A model generated the notes under the pieces. It saw only the letters and a program-made list of their open reading frames with translations, was not told where the DNA came from and did not search any database. Positions 40,871 through 50,458 of a stretch of 64,000 nt of DNA are shown here, one piece after another; the stretch's first letter is position 1; the number at the start of each line of letters is the position of its first letter. This DNA comes from an uncultured Enterobacterales bacterium. Its GTDB lineage: Bacteria > Pseudomonadota > Gammaproteobacteria > Enterobacterales > Succinivibrionaceae. Where the stretch lies: positions 4,524 to 68,523 of the forward strand of contig CAZTNG010000002.1 of the NCBI GenBank assembly GCA_964615195.1, written 5' to 3'. Position numbers and translations under genes: made by a program.

Positions 40871-41563
40871 TTAATCTGATTCTGAATTAATGTGTGGTGT
40901 TATCAAACCTAAAGCAGGAGTATAAGTAAAACTCATGTACGATGTTGTAGAATTATTAGGGTCCTTATACTGACCATTATCACCTTTTTGTAAAGACAAT
41001 ACTAAATAGTAATGGCATGTACCATAATTAGCAACAGAACTTCCATTTACACTACCTTGGCTATAAGAAATAAAATACTTATAATCACTAGAACTATTAT
41101 TTAAATCAGAAGTACTAATTGTAGCTTTAGGAGGATTTTGAAGCATCTTTTCCCAAATATCCAAACATCTTTGTTCTGTTAATCCTGATGTATAATAGTT
41201 TGCAGTTTCTGCATTAATACTAGGCATGCTTGCACCAGCAGTTGTGGCTGCTATAGGGTATCCAGGGCTCATAGATCCATCTTCAATTTTAGAATTAGAC
41301 GGCGTAGTAAGATAAAATCTGTTTCCATCATAAAGCGTACTGTTAACTTCACTAACCTTTTGTCGTCCTTTAGCCTCCCATTGAGCTCGGATTAGCAAAA
41401 TCCCAGTTGCAAAATTACCAGACACACCTTCAACACTTGCTTTTTTAGCTTCTTCTGTTACATCTAAAAATCTTGGCAAAGCTGTTGCAGCCAAAATACC
41501 TAATATAACAATTACTATGATAAGTTCAATGAGAGTAAAACCCTTATTCATAAGACTTTTCAT
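40871..41563 (-). CDS. mshA: MSHA-type major pilin (MshA/MshB-like), enlarged
   Basis: MKSLMNKG/FTLIELIIVIVILGILAATALPRFLDV is the MshA-type N-terminus. Two Cys in the C-terminal half. 230 aa. Confidence 0.7.
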   Translation of the reverse strand: MKSLMNKGFTLIELIIVIVILGILAATALPRFLDVTEEAKKASVEGVSGNFATGILLIRAQWEAKGRQKVSEVNSTLYDGNRFYLTTPSNSKIEDGSMSPGYPIAATTAGASMPSINAETANYYTSGLTEQRCLDIWEKMLQNPPKATISTSDLNNSSSDYKYFISYSQGSVNGSSVANYGTCHYYLVLSLQKGDNGQYKDPNNSTTSYMSFTYTPALGLITPHINSESD

Positions 41564-41581
41564 TTATCAATCCTTAATTTT

Positions 41582-42151
41582 TCACATGTTGTTAGTCAGT
41601 TTAACAACCGAGCCGTTGTTATAATTATATATAAAACTAGATACAGATGTATTAAAAATACATATTTCTTTATCAGGTTTATGAACTACACGCACTTCTT
41701 CAATAAACAATCTAAGTTTTTTCCCGAGGATACCTCTCCAAAGATTTTCACATGATTTTTCATCATCATCAATACCAAGAACATTCATTGGCCAACCATT
41801 TAAAGAAATTACAAAACGTAACTTTTTGGGATTAAATCCCAACTCTTTTTCTTCAATTCCATTGTACAAATTCAACCATGATGGAGGATACATTAACTTA
41901 TCTTTACCAGAACTTAACCAAATATTGTGAATTAATAATGATCTTTCACTCATATTAGTAGCCATACTATCCATGGCTGTTTCCAATGTTCTATCACTTT
42001 GTGGTTCAATAAATAACTTAATTGACAAAACACCTAACACGCTAATCACAATGAAAACAATAATAAATCTATATAAATATCCTAATTTTTCATCAGCATT
42101 ACTAATACTAAATTTCACTATTTCCCCTGCATTGCGCCATACATATCCCAC
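41582..42151 (-). CDS. mshF: MSHA biogenesis protein MshF-like
   Basis: Bitopic protein between mshG and the pilin genes. The track start is GTG at 42151. The GTG at 42118 (AGGGGA 5 nt upstream, 1-nt overlap with the mshG stop) looks more likely. Confidence 0.5.
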   Translation of the reverse strand: MGYVWRNAGEIVKFSISNADEKLGYLYRFIIVFIVISVLGVLSIKLFIEPQSDRTLETAMDSMATNMSERSLLIHNIWLSSGKDKLMYPPSWLNLYNGIEEKELGFNPKKLRFVISLNGWPMNVLGIDDDEKSCENLWRGILGKKLRLFIEEVRVVHKPDKEICIFNTSVSSFIYNYNNGSVVKLTNNM

Positions 42152-43344
42152 ATAGGAGTAAATATACCTAAAGCTAAAACACCAACCATTACAGCGACTA
42201 TAACCAAAAGTAATGGCTCTATTTTTGAAGTTAATGACTTTAAATCATAATCTACTTCTCTTTCATAATATTCAGCAGCTTCTATAAGCAATTCATCCAC
42301 TCTACCTGTTTCATCACCTACTGCAAACATTTGCAACACTAAAGGAGTAAACATATTACTCTGCTTTGCAACTATTGCAAGGGAATTACCTTGCTCAATC
42401 TGACGTCGCATTTCCAAAACATGTTCTTCAAGATATTTATTATCAATTGCATCAGCGACGAGAGTTAATGCCAAATTTAATTGCACTCCTGCCTTAAGCA
42501 TTAATGAAAAACTTCTACAAAATCTACCCAATAAAGCCCTATTAATTATTCCACCTAAAATTGGAATTTTTAATTTCATTCTGTCCCATATTAATCTAAT
42601 TATAGGACGTTTTAATCCAGCTTTAATTAAGAACGGAGCAGCAATAACCATAGCCGCCATATACATCCAATAATTTACAAAAAAATTGGATGTTGCAATT
42701 AAAAGTCTTGTAGTAATAGGCAATTCTACCCCAAATTTTGAAAACATTTGACTAAAGACAGGAATTACAAAAATATTGAGTATAGCCATAGCTGCCATAA
42801 TAAAAATAACTACTATTGTAGGATAGCGCATGGCACTTGAAATACGCTTTCTAGTCTCATGTTCAAGTGTAAAATAATCTGCTAGCTGTGAAAATGCATC
42901 TTCTAATCTACCTGTATTTTCACCAACATTAATCATTGCAACAAAAAGTGATGAATATATATTTGGTTGCTCTTGCATTGATAAATTAAGAGACTTACCT
43001 CCAACTAAATCTTTATTTAATTTAAGTAATGAATTTTTTAAACCATAATGTTCTGTTGAATCTGCTAAACCAGAAATTGCTCTTATAATAGGTACACCGG
43101 CCTTAGATAAGGAATACATTTGTCTACACATCATAATTAGTTGCGGCAAACCAACGTGGCCATGCAATATTTGTTTAAAATCAATCTTAAAAGAAAAACC
43201 TAGGTTCCCCCCCTCTTTAATATCTATAGGTAGCAATCCTTGTCTTCTTATTTCATCTATTGCGTCTAATGTACTTTGAGCCTCAACCAAACCAATTTTA
43301 TATGTACCGTATTTATCTTTTGCGCGATAATTATATATAGTCAT
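42118..43344 (-). CDS. mshG: MSHA pilus platform protein MshG (GspF/PilC family)
   Basis: 408 aa, duplicated GspF domains and three TM segments. Follows mshE. Confidence 0.9.
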   Translation of the reverse strand: MTIYNYRAKDKYGTYKIGLVEAQSTLDAIDEIRRQGLLPIDIKEGGNLGFSFKIDFKQILHGHVGLPQLIMMCRQMYSLSKAGVPIIRAISGLADSTEHYGLKNSLLKLNKDLVGGKSLNLSMQEQPNIYSSLFVAMINVGENTGRLEDAFSQLADYFTLEHETRKRISSAMRYPTIVVIFIMAAMAILNIFVIPVFSQMFSKFGVELPITTRLLIATSNFFVNYWMYMAAMVIAAPFLIKAGLKRPIIRLIWDRMKLKIPILGGIINRALLGRFCRSFSLMLKAGVQLNLALTLVADAIDNKYLEEHVLEMRRQIEQGNSLAIVAKQSNMFTPLVLQMFAVGDETGRVDELLIEAAEYYEREVDYDLKSLTSKIEPLLLVIVAVMVGVLALGIFTPMWDMYGAMQGK

Positions 43345-45101
43345 TATTTAATTATCTCCGCTACCTTCATTACTTCTTCTATAGAAGTAATACCTTTTAC
43401 TGCAAAATTATAAGCCATTTTTGACAAAGACTCGTAATCATCATTTTCTCTTACTGCCCTTGCAAAAGCCTCATGATCTTCTCGCCTTAAAGCATCCATC
43501 ATTCGTTGATTAAGAATTAAAAGTTCAAAAACACCAACTCTTCCCTTATATCCTGTAAAATTACAATATTGGCAGCCCTTTCCCTCATTCCCCATAAAAA
43601 AAGTTTGTTTTTGCTGATCTTCAATAGATATACCTAATGCATCTTCAATGTAATTCATTTGAGAAATATTAGGCTGACACGGAGCGCCACATTTTGGACA
43701 TATTCTGCGAACCAATCGCTGAGCCAAAACTGCTTTTAAAGATCCTGCTACAAGATAACCAGGAGCCCCCATATCAACTAGTCTCATAGTACTTGATACT
43801 GCATCATTAGTGTGTAAAGTTGACAAAACTAAATGTCCTGTCATTGAACCTCTTAATCCTATCTCACTAGTTTCATGGTCTCTCATTTCACCAACCAATA
43901 ATATATCTGGATCTTGACGTAAAGTTGAACGAAGAACATTAGCAAAATCTAATCCTATTTTAGAATTAACTTGAACTTGAGTTATTCTTGGTAAACGATA
44001 TTCCACAGGATCTTCAACAGTAATAATTTTAACTTGTGGTTGATTAAGCTCATTAAGTGCACCATACAAAGTTGTAGTTTTTCCTGAGCCAGTTGGCCCC
44101 GTGACAAGTATCATTCCGTGAGGCTGATGTAATTGCTGCCTAAATTTGCTTAAAATTTGTGGAGGCATTCCTGTACTTTCAAGTGATAGTAGTCCATTCG
44201 ATTGATTAAGCAATCTCATAACTATAGATTCGCCGTGCTGGGAAGGTAAAGTTGAAACACGAACATCTATATTCTTTGCTGCAATAATTACAGGAAATCT
44301 ACCATCTTGAGGTAATCTTTTTTCTGAAATATCTAGCCCCGCCATTAATTTTATTCTCAATGCAATTGCTGGAGCTATATCCACGTTATTTAGAACTTGT
44401 TCAGTAAGATTACCATCTATACGCTGTCTAATTCTCAGTACATCTTCATCTGGTTCTATGTGTATATCTGAGGCATTGCAGTTAACAGCGTCTTCAAAAA
44501 CTGAACGCAACAAATTAACAACAGCTGCATCTGAAGTCTCGTCATCTACCCCCAATGTATCAGCACTAATATCAAAAGCTGACTTAGTAACTTCCGTTTG
44601 CAACTGATTTGCATATTTTGCAATTGTTTCAGTATTTCTATACAACTGAGGCAAATATCTTACAATTTCTGATTCTGGAGCAATAACAAAATCAACTTCA
44701 TTTGGTTCAAGCTTATCTTGAATATCATCTCTACTTGGATAATCCAAAGGATCAGCAATAATAACAGTAATTATTATATTACCAGTATTCTTGTTTTCTG
44801 TCTGCGAAATGGCAATAGCGTGCTTTTGACGAGCCATGTTTTCAGGAAGCAACTGTACTGTAGGCGTATCAATATTAAGTTTAGATAAATCTGTTATTAC
44901 GGTCATACGTAATTGTTGACCTAAAGCTGTACATATATCAGCCTCTGACGCAAGTCCTAAGGCTACAACTGATTGACCAAGCTTTGTATTCATTTCTTTA
45001 GAATATGCCAAAGCTCTTTCAACATCATCTGCAGTAATAATGCCTGATTGGACTAAAACATCACCAATTCTTATTCTTTTTCGAGAACTATTTTCTGTCA
45101 T
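43344..45101 (-). CDS. mshE: MSHA pilus extension ATPase MshE with an N-terminal MshEN c-di-GMP-binding domain
   Basis: Walker A GPTGSGKTTT, CPKC...CQYC, and an N-terminal tandem of 24-residue RLGxxLLxxGLL-type motifs. Confidence 0.9.
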   Translation of the reverse strand: MTENSSRKRIRIGDVLVQSGIITADDVERALAYSKEMNTKLGQSVVALGLASEADICTALGQQLRMTVITDLSKLNIDTPTVQLLPENMARQKHAIAISQTENKNTGNIIITVIIADPLDYPSRDDIQDKLEPNEVDFVIAPESEIVRYLPQLYRNTETIAKYANQLQTEVTKSAFDISADTLGVDDETSDAAVVNLLRSVFEDAVNCNASDIHIEPDEDVLRIRQRIDGNLTEQVLNNVDIAPAIALRIKLMAGLDISEKRLPQDGRFPVIIAAKNIDVRVSTLPSQHGESIVMRLLNQSNGLLSLESTGMPPQILSKFRQQLHQPHGMILVTGPTGSGKTTTLYGALNELNQPQVKIITVEDPVEYRLPRITQVQVNSKIGLDFANVLRSTLRQDPDILLVGEMRDHETSEIGLRGSMTGHLVLSTLHTNDAVSSTMRLVDMGAPGYLVAGSLKAVLAQRLVRRICPKCGAPCQPNISQMNYIEDALGISIEDQQKQTFFMGNEGKGCQYCNFTGYKGRVGVFELLILNQRMMDALRREDHEAFARAVRENDDYESLSKMAYNFAVKGITSIEEVMKVAEIIK

Positions 45102-46248
45102 TATTCATAGTCTCCAAATATTTAATTCTCTGCTCTACGAAGTTTTTAGATGCAGTACTTAGGTATAAATTTTTAGATTTTAAATAAGCAATTTTTGCCT
45201 CGTTAAACTTTTTTTGTTCTTCTAATACTAAACCTAAACCCATGTACCATTTACCTTGTTTTCCACTTATTGTTGAAAGTTTTCTGTAAGCTTGTTCAGC
45301 AATAGTATTATCTCCGTTATTTCTAGCTAAAGTTGCAAGTGTAGCGTAATAATCAACATTTTTTTCTACAGGAGGATTCCCCAATGCTAAAACTTTTACG
45401 GCTTGAGAATTTTGATTAATAGACGAATATATTCTAGCCAAATATAAACGATAATCATAATGTTCAGGTGATAATTCAATTCCTCTATCTAACACCTTTA
45501 TTGCATCTAATGTTTTATCTTTCCCATAGTAAAGAGCTGCTAATTTTTCTCTTGCATTATAGTCTCTAGGATTTTTAGCTAAAATTGAACTATATGCATC
45601 AATAGCCCCAGAAGGATTACCTTTGGCCATCGCTGTATTAGCTTGTTTCCTTTCATATTCAATTTCTTGTTGACCTGTAAATTTTTTCTCTGTTACTTTA
45701 ATATAGCTTTGTTTTATAGTAGGTTCTGGATTGGGTAATTCCTCAATAAAAAATTGTTCTTCAGCATAATCATCGTTAGGCGACTCATCTTTTGCAATAG
45801 ATTTAATCTTTTCATTTTCTATATTTAAATCGAGCACATTTTGTGTATTGTTTTTCGCATTATTTACAGAAGAATCATATTGTTCTTGAATATTTTTATC
45901 CACAGTAACTGTAGCTTGTTCTTTAATTGTACCTTTAACTTCTAAATCTTTAGCATTATTAACATTGGACTCAGCAACATCATTGTTTTTTTCTTCATTA
46001 GCTGTATTATCTACATTTTTAACTGGAGCTTTTACCGTTGACTCAATTTGAATATTAGAAATATTATTACTATCAACATAAACAAAACGATAAATAACTA
46101 TAGAACACAATAAGACAAACATTAAAGCCACAGCAATAATAAGAATTATTTGCCATAATCCTTTTCTAGCCTTAGCTTGATACTTACCATGAGTCGATGA
46201 AGCATCACGTTTATCTAATTCATTGAGCACATTATTTATAACACTCAT
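45088..46248 (-). CDS. mshN: MSHA biogenesis protein MshN (TM plus TPR repeats)
   Basis: N-terminal TM, an Asn/Lys/Glu-rich spacer, and C-terminal TPR-like repeats (AIDAYSSILAKNPRDYNAREKLAALYY). Position. Confidence 0.68.
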   Translation of the reverse strand: MSVINNVLNELDKRDASSTHGKYQAKARKGLWQIILIIAVALMFVLLCSIVIYRFVYVDSNNISNIQIESTVKAPVKNVDNTANEEKNNDVAESNVNNAKDLEVKGTIKEQATVTVDKNIQEQYDSSVNNAKNNTQNVLDLNIENEKIKSIAKDESPNDDYAEEQFFIEELPNPEPTIKQSYIKVTEKKFTGQQEIEYERKQANTAMAKGNPSGAIDAYSSILAKNPRDYNAREKLAALYYGKDKTLDAIKVLDRGIELSPEHYDYRLYLARIYSSINQNSQAVKVLALGNPPVEKNVDYYATLATLARNNGDNTIAEQAYRKLSTISGKQGKWYMGLGLVLEEQKKFNEAKIAYLKSKNLYLSTASKNFVEQRIKYLETMNNDRK

Positions 46249-47174
46249 TATCGCCCTCCAAATAATAAAAACACAGCTAAACCAAGCATCATTAAAAATA
46301 AAATTATCAAACCAAAATTCACAATATTTGCATGATTTACTCTTTTAGTTACTGTGTCTCCGATTGCTTCTCTTGCTATTTTACGTGTCAACCTGTATGT
46401 TCCTTTACCGTAAGCAAGCATAATACATTTTGCTGAAATAATGTTTATCAATCTAGGAATACCATTTGAAGATTTATAAATCAATTTAGAAACACTAGGT
46501 GTAAATAAAGGATCTCCCTTAAAACCTGAAGCCCTCATACGGTAAACTAAATAAGCCTCTGTTTCATCTTTATCTAAGGGGCGTAATTTATATGAGAAGG
46601 AAATTCTTTGCTTCAGCTGACGCAGATTGTCACAATTTAAACGATCATCCAATTCTGGCTGACCAAATAATACTATTTGTAACATTTTATTATGTTCAGT
46701 TTCTAAATTTCCTAGTAGTCTAATTGCTTCAATAGTATCGTCAGGTAAAGCTTGAGCTTCATCAATTACTAATACAACTCTCTTACCATGCTTATTTAAA
46801 TCTAATAGACAATGATTTATATCATCATTTAAAGATAAATTAGTACAATTTGAAACGTTTATTCCTAATTCCCTAGCTATAGAAACTTTAAGTTCTCTTG
46901 GATTCAAAATTGGATTAGGTAAATATACTAATTCATATTCACTTGGTAATTTTGAAATAAAGAGGCGTAAAACCATTGTTTTTCCAGTTCCCACCTCACC
47001 AGTAACCTTTATAAATCCCTCACCATTATTTAATGCAGAATGTAAAACTTCCAAAGCTTCTTCATGAGGAGGAAGCCCATAATATAAACTAGTATTAGGT
47101 GTCAAACCAAAAGGCTGTTGATTAAGGCCGAAGAATTCTAACAACTTATTTGGATCAAAAATATTTTGTGACAC
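46248..47174 (-). CDS. mshM: MSHA biogenesis AAA ATPase MshM (ExeA-like)
   Basis: Walker A GEVGTGKT, Walker B VLVIDEAQ, and a C-terminal TM. Confidence 0.85.
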   Translation of the reverse strand: MSQNIFDPNKLLEFFGLNQQPFGLTPNTSLYYGLPPHEEALEVLHSALNNGEGFIKVTGEVGTGKTMVLRLFISKLPSEYELVYLPNPILNPRELKVSIARELGINVSNCTNLSLNDDINHCLLDLNKHGKRVVLVIDEAQALPDDTIEAIRLLGNLETEHNKMLQIVLFGQPELDDRLNCDNLRQLKQRISFSYKLRPLDKDETEAYLVYRMRASGFKGDPLFTPSVSKLIYKSSNGIPRLINIISAKCIMLAYGKGTYRLTRKIAREAIGDTVTKRVNHANIVNFGLIILFLMMLGLAVFLLFGGR

Positions 47175-47183
47175 TTTTAAACC

Positions 47184-48875
47184 TTACTTCTTATCACTAT
47201 TATGCATAGGTTCAGTAATAGTTGAGTCTTCATTCGGATACCACTTCTGCAACAAATCTAACGACTTCTTTAATTCAGTATTCCAAGAATCACCTTCAGC
47301 AACAATTGGTCTTAGTAAGATTACTAATTCACTTTTCTTATCATAAATTGATTTATTAGTAAAAAGTTCTCCTACCCATGGGATGTCTCCAAGCAAAGGA
47401 ATTTTAGATTCAAGATCTCCCTTTTTATGACTCATCAATCCACCAATTACAATTACATCTCCTGATTTAGCTTCAACAATAGTATCTGATTCTCTTATTT
47501 CAGAACTAGCAAAAGGTAACTCAGTATCTTTATTGTTAATCTTTATAGTTTTCTTATCCTCTGCTACTTCAATAACGGCAGGGTGAATATGTAAAATAAT
47601 CTTGCCATCCTCACTAATTTGAGGTAACACATCTAAAGAAACTCCACTAAAAAAAGGAGAAAAAGTGTAATCGCTAGACACCAAATTTGTGTCAGAGCTA
47701 CTTGTACTAGAACTATCAGTAGACAATCCTGTTAAAAAATATGAATCTTTTCCAACTTTTATAACTGCTCTTTGGTTATTTAAAGCTGTTATGCGCGGGC
47801 TTGATAATGTGCTTACATCACCTTGAGTCTTCAATAAATTAATTACAGCACTGTATTTACTATCGTTCATTGATAGATTAAATCCACCGCCTAAAATTGA
47901 AAACACATTATTAGTTGAACCTCCAGCCCATCCAGCCTGAGTTCCAATAGATTTTCCTTCACCAGAATTACCATTGAATATCTTCGACCATTCAATACCT
48001 TGTTCATAATCTTCTGACAGAGTTACTTCTAAAAGTTTGGCTTCAATAATAACTTGACGTCTTAATGAATTTTCAGTAATTTGCAAAAAATGTCGTACCG
48101 AATCAATTTCATTAGGCATACCTCTTACAGTTATATTAGCAGCTTGCGGATTAACCCTAACCATTCGGCCTTCGCCATTACCGACGATACCTGAAAGAGT
48201 TTTTTCTAATTCTGTCCAAAAATCGCTTTCTGCCGTAGTTTTAAGATTAGTACCACTAGTAGATTCACTATCAGAACCACTAGAACTATCATTAGACGAA
48301 TTATTTGAGCTACTATTAGATGAATCACTATTAGATGAACTATCAGAATTAGTATTAGATACAGTATTGTTGCTTATTGATATATTGGTTTCTGACGCCC
48401 TTTTTAAAAAGATATAATTGATAGGAATAGTTTCAGTATGTACTCCAGATGGATATACATAGTAAATCGACCCTTGTTTTTCAGTCCTGTAGCCATACAT
48501 TTTATATACAGAATTAAATATTTCACTTGCAGTTACATTTTCCATACTTAAAGTTATTTCACCACTAACTTCAGGATGAACCACGACAGATTCATTTGTT
48601 TCTCCCATAATCTGTGCAAAAAATTCGGCAGCAGGAACATTGTTAGCAGCAACAGTAACACGACGTATATCTTTTGCAGAATAATCACCATCCAAAGGAT
48701 TGTCTGGATTTAATTCATTTAATACATCTTCGGGTATTTCTATTTTGTCAGATAGATTCATTGCTGTCTTCAACTCATCTTTAACTTCTTTTGGCTCAGG
48801 ATGATGATATACACATCCCGTCACAAAAAACGCAAATAACAATATAGATAAATAAGATTTTTTTATGTTTATCAT
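47184..48875 (-). CDS. mshL: MSHA pilus secretin MshL (lipoprotein)
   Basis: Lipobox FFVTGC. Secretin C-domain with IPLLGDIPWVGELF. Confidence 0.9.
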   Translation of the reverse strand: MINIKKSYLSILLFAFFVTGCVYHHPEPKEVKDELKTAMNLSDKIEIPEDVLNELNPDNPLDGDYSAKDIRRVTVAANNVPAAEFFAQIMGETNESVVVHPEVSGEITLSMENVTASEIFNSVYKMYGYRTEKQGSIYYVYPSGVHTETIPINYIFLKRASETNISISNNTVSNTNSDSSSNSDSSNSSSNNSSNDSSSGSDSESTSGTNLKTTAESDFWTELEKTLSGIVGNGEGRMVRVNPQAANITVRGMPNEIDSVRHFLQITENSLRRQVIIEAKLLEVTLSEDYEQGIEWSKIFNGNSGEGKSIGTQAGWAGGSTNNVFSILGGGFNLSMNDSKYSAVINLLKTQGDVSTLSSPRITALNNQRAVIKVGKDSYFLTGLSTDSSSTSSSDTNLVSSDYTFSPFFSGVSLDVLPQISEDGKIILHIHPAVIEVAEDKKTIKINNKDTELPFASSEIRESDTIVEAKSGDVIVIGGLMSHKKGDLESKIPLLGDIPWVGELFTNKSIYDKKSELVILLRPIVAEGDSWNTELKKSLDLLQKWYPNEDSTITEPMHNSDKK

Positions 48876-49204
48876 TTTTCATTTCCAAAAGAATAAAGAG
48901 GCAATGTTAATTTTTCTTTATGATCTAAACTAGTTAAAATTACTCCTTTAGATGTAATAGTAGTCAATATATAACCACCACATTCTTCACCTAGAGAACA
49001 TGTTTTACCGTCTATTATTGCCCTTGATTTTCCATTTCCAACAAATACAGCTTGAAGTTTTAAGGAACCATTATCTTCTGATGTAAAATCAGATACAACG
49101 ACACCACCCTTAACTGGAGTTGTTGGATCCCGAAGGTAAACCTCCGCTAGCGCATTTTGAGAACTGACAAAAAGAATCAGCATCATTAAAATATATTTAA
49201 CCAC
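48872..49204 (-). CDS. mshK: MSHA biogenesis protein MshK-like
   Basis: 110 aa with a signal peptide. Position between mshJ and mshL, with overlapping stops/starts. Confidence 0.55.
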   Translation of the reverse strand: MVKYILMMLILFVSSQNALAEVYLRDPTTPVKGGVVVSDFTSEDNGSLKLQAVFVGNGKSRAIIDGKTCSLGEECGGYILTTITSKGVILTSLDHKEKLTLPLYSFGNEK

Positions 49205-49835
49205 GAATAAAATCCTTATTTATACTTAATGTATAAAGTTCGAGGATTACTACAGCATAAGGATATTCATCGACTTTATAATCCATTGAACTCCAATAAA
49301 AATTATGTTCCATACCCTCTAGATTTTTAAGATGGGATAAAATATCAAGATATTTACCTCTTAATGTCACTCTAATACCATGCTGATAAAGGGCTACATT
49401 CCCTTTCTTTAATAGAGTTTTAGGTTTTAATGATTCAACACCTTGAATAGAAATTGTCCCACCAACACTTAATACATTCGTCAAAATTTCAGGCATTTGT
49501 CCAGCGTCTATTAAATTTACAGTTTCTTTAGATAACACTTGGTCCAATAATTTAAGTTCTTTTTCCATATCTGAAATATCCTTACGCATAATCTCGTTAG
49601 GATCTCCAGTTAGTTTACCTTGCCAAATTTCAAGTTCACTAGATACAGACTGTAATTCTGTTTTCTGATTAGCAATAACTGTTTTTAAATCGCTAATACT
49701 TTTGGTATTACTTTCAATAAAACCAAAAAAGCCGGGGAAAACGAAAAGAACAACACCTACAAGGCAAACCATGACTCTTTCACGTACAGTCATAGAGGCA
49801 ACTTTATTCTTATAAAAAGCATAATTAGAACTCAT
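49197..49835 (-). CDS. mshJ: MSHA biogenesis protein MshJ (PilO-like)
   Basis: One TM followed by a coiled coil and a PilO-like domain. Position. Confidence 0.68.
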   Translation of the reverse strand: MSSNYAFYKNKVASMTVRERVMVCLVGVVLFVFPGFFGFIESNTKSISDLKTVIANQKTELQSVSSELEIWQGKLTGDPNEIMRKDISDMEKELKLLDQVLSKETVNLIDAGQMPEILTNVLSVGGTISIQGVESLKPKTLLKKGNVALYQHGIRVTLRGKYLDILSHLKNLEGMEHNFYWSSMDYKVDEYPYAVVILELYTLSINKDFIRG

Positions 49836-49837
49836 AG

Positions 49838-50458
49838 TTATTCCTCTTCATCATTTTTTTGTTCGGATTCGATGTATGCTTTTTTCAATTCAAAATGAAG
49901 TATATCTGAATCAGGATCTCTATGTAATTTAACACCACCAAATACAACCGGACTCAAATCATTATAATTCCTAAACTGAGAAATCCATAATGGTAAAGAT
50001 TTTCCATTTAACGCGTCACCTTCAATTTCTGCATCTTTATCTTTAATAGCAAAATGAGTCACTGAAATACCATTGCTTTTAATACGAGCCATAGCTTCCA
50101 TAAAACCCGCATAACCATTACTCTTTAAATCAACTTTATCTTCTATAAAGCCCATCAATTGTTTTTTGGTATCTAAAATAATTTTCAAATTTTTGGTTCT
50201 TTCTATTAAACTCGCATTAGGAGTCATCTGTGCTACCAAAGACTGTGTTTGCATCAATTCATCATTAACATTATTCAACTGCATTGATAATTGCTGATTT
50301 TGTGTTTTTAAATGTACTTTTTCTTGGTAGGTAATAACATATACACAGCAAACGAATGCTGCTGTTACCAACCAAATAATAATCATTTGAGATAAACTAA
50401 GGATAATCTTTTTAGGCTTAAATTCACTACTGTACAGATTAATTCTAATTTTTTTCAA
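49838..50458 (-). CDS. MSHA biogenesis protein MshI C-terminal module (PilN-like), as a separate ORF
   Basis: IRINLY...EFKPKK followed by a TM and a coiled coil is the PilN/GspL-C signature. 14-nt overlap with the upstream ORF. Confidence 0.62.
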   Translation of the reverse strand: MKKIRINLYSSEFKPKKIILSLSQMIIIWLVTAAFVCCVYVITYQEKVHLKTQNQQLSMQLNNVNDELMQTQSLVAQMTPNASLIERTKNLKIILDTKKQLMGFIEDKVDLKSNGYAGFMEAMARIKSNGISVTHFAIKDKDAEIEGDALNGKSLPLWISQFRNYNDLSPVVFGGVKLHRDPDSDILHFELKKAYIESEQKNDEEE

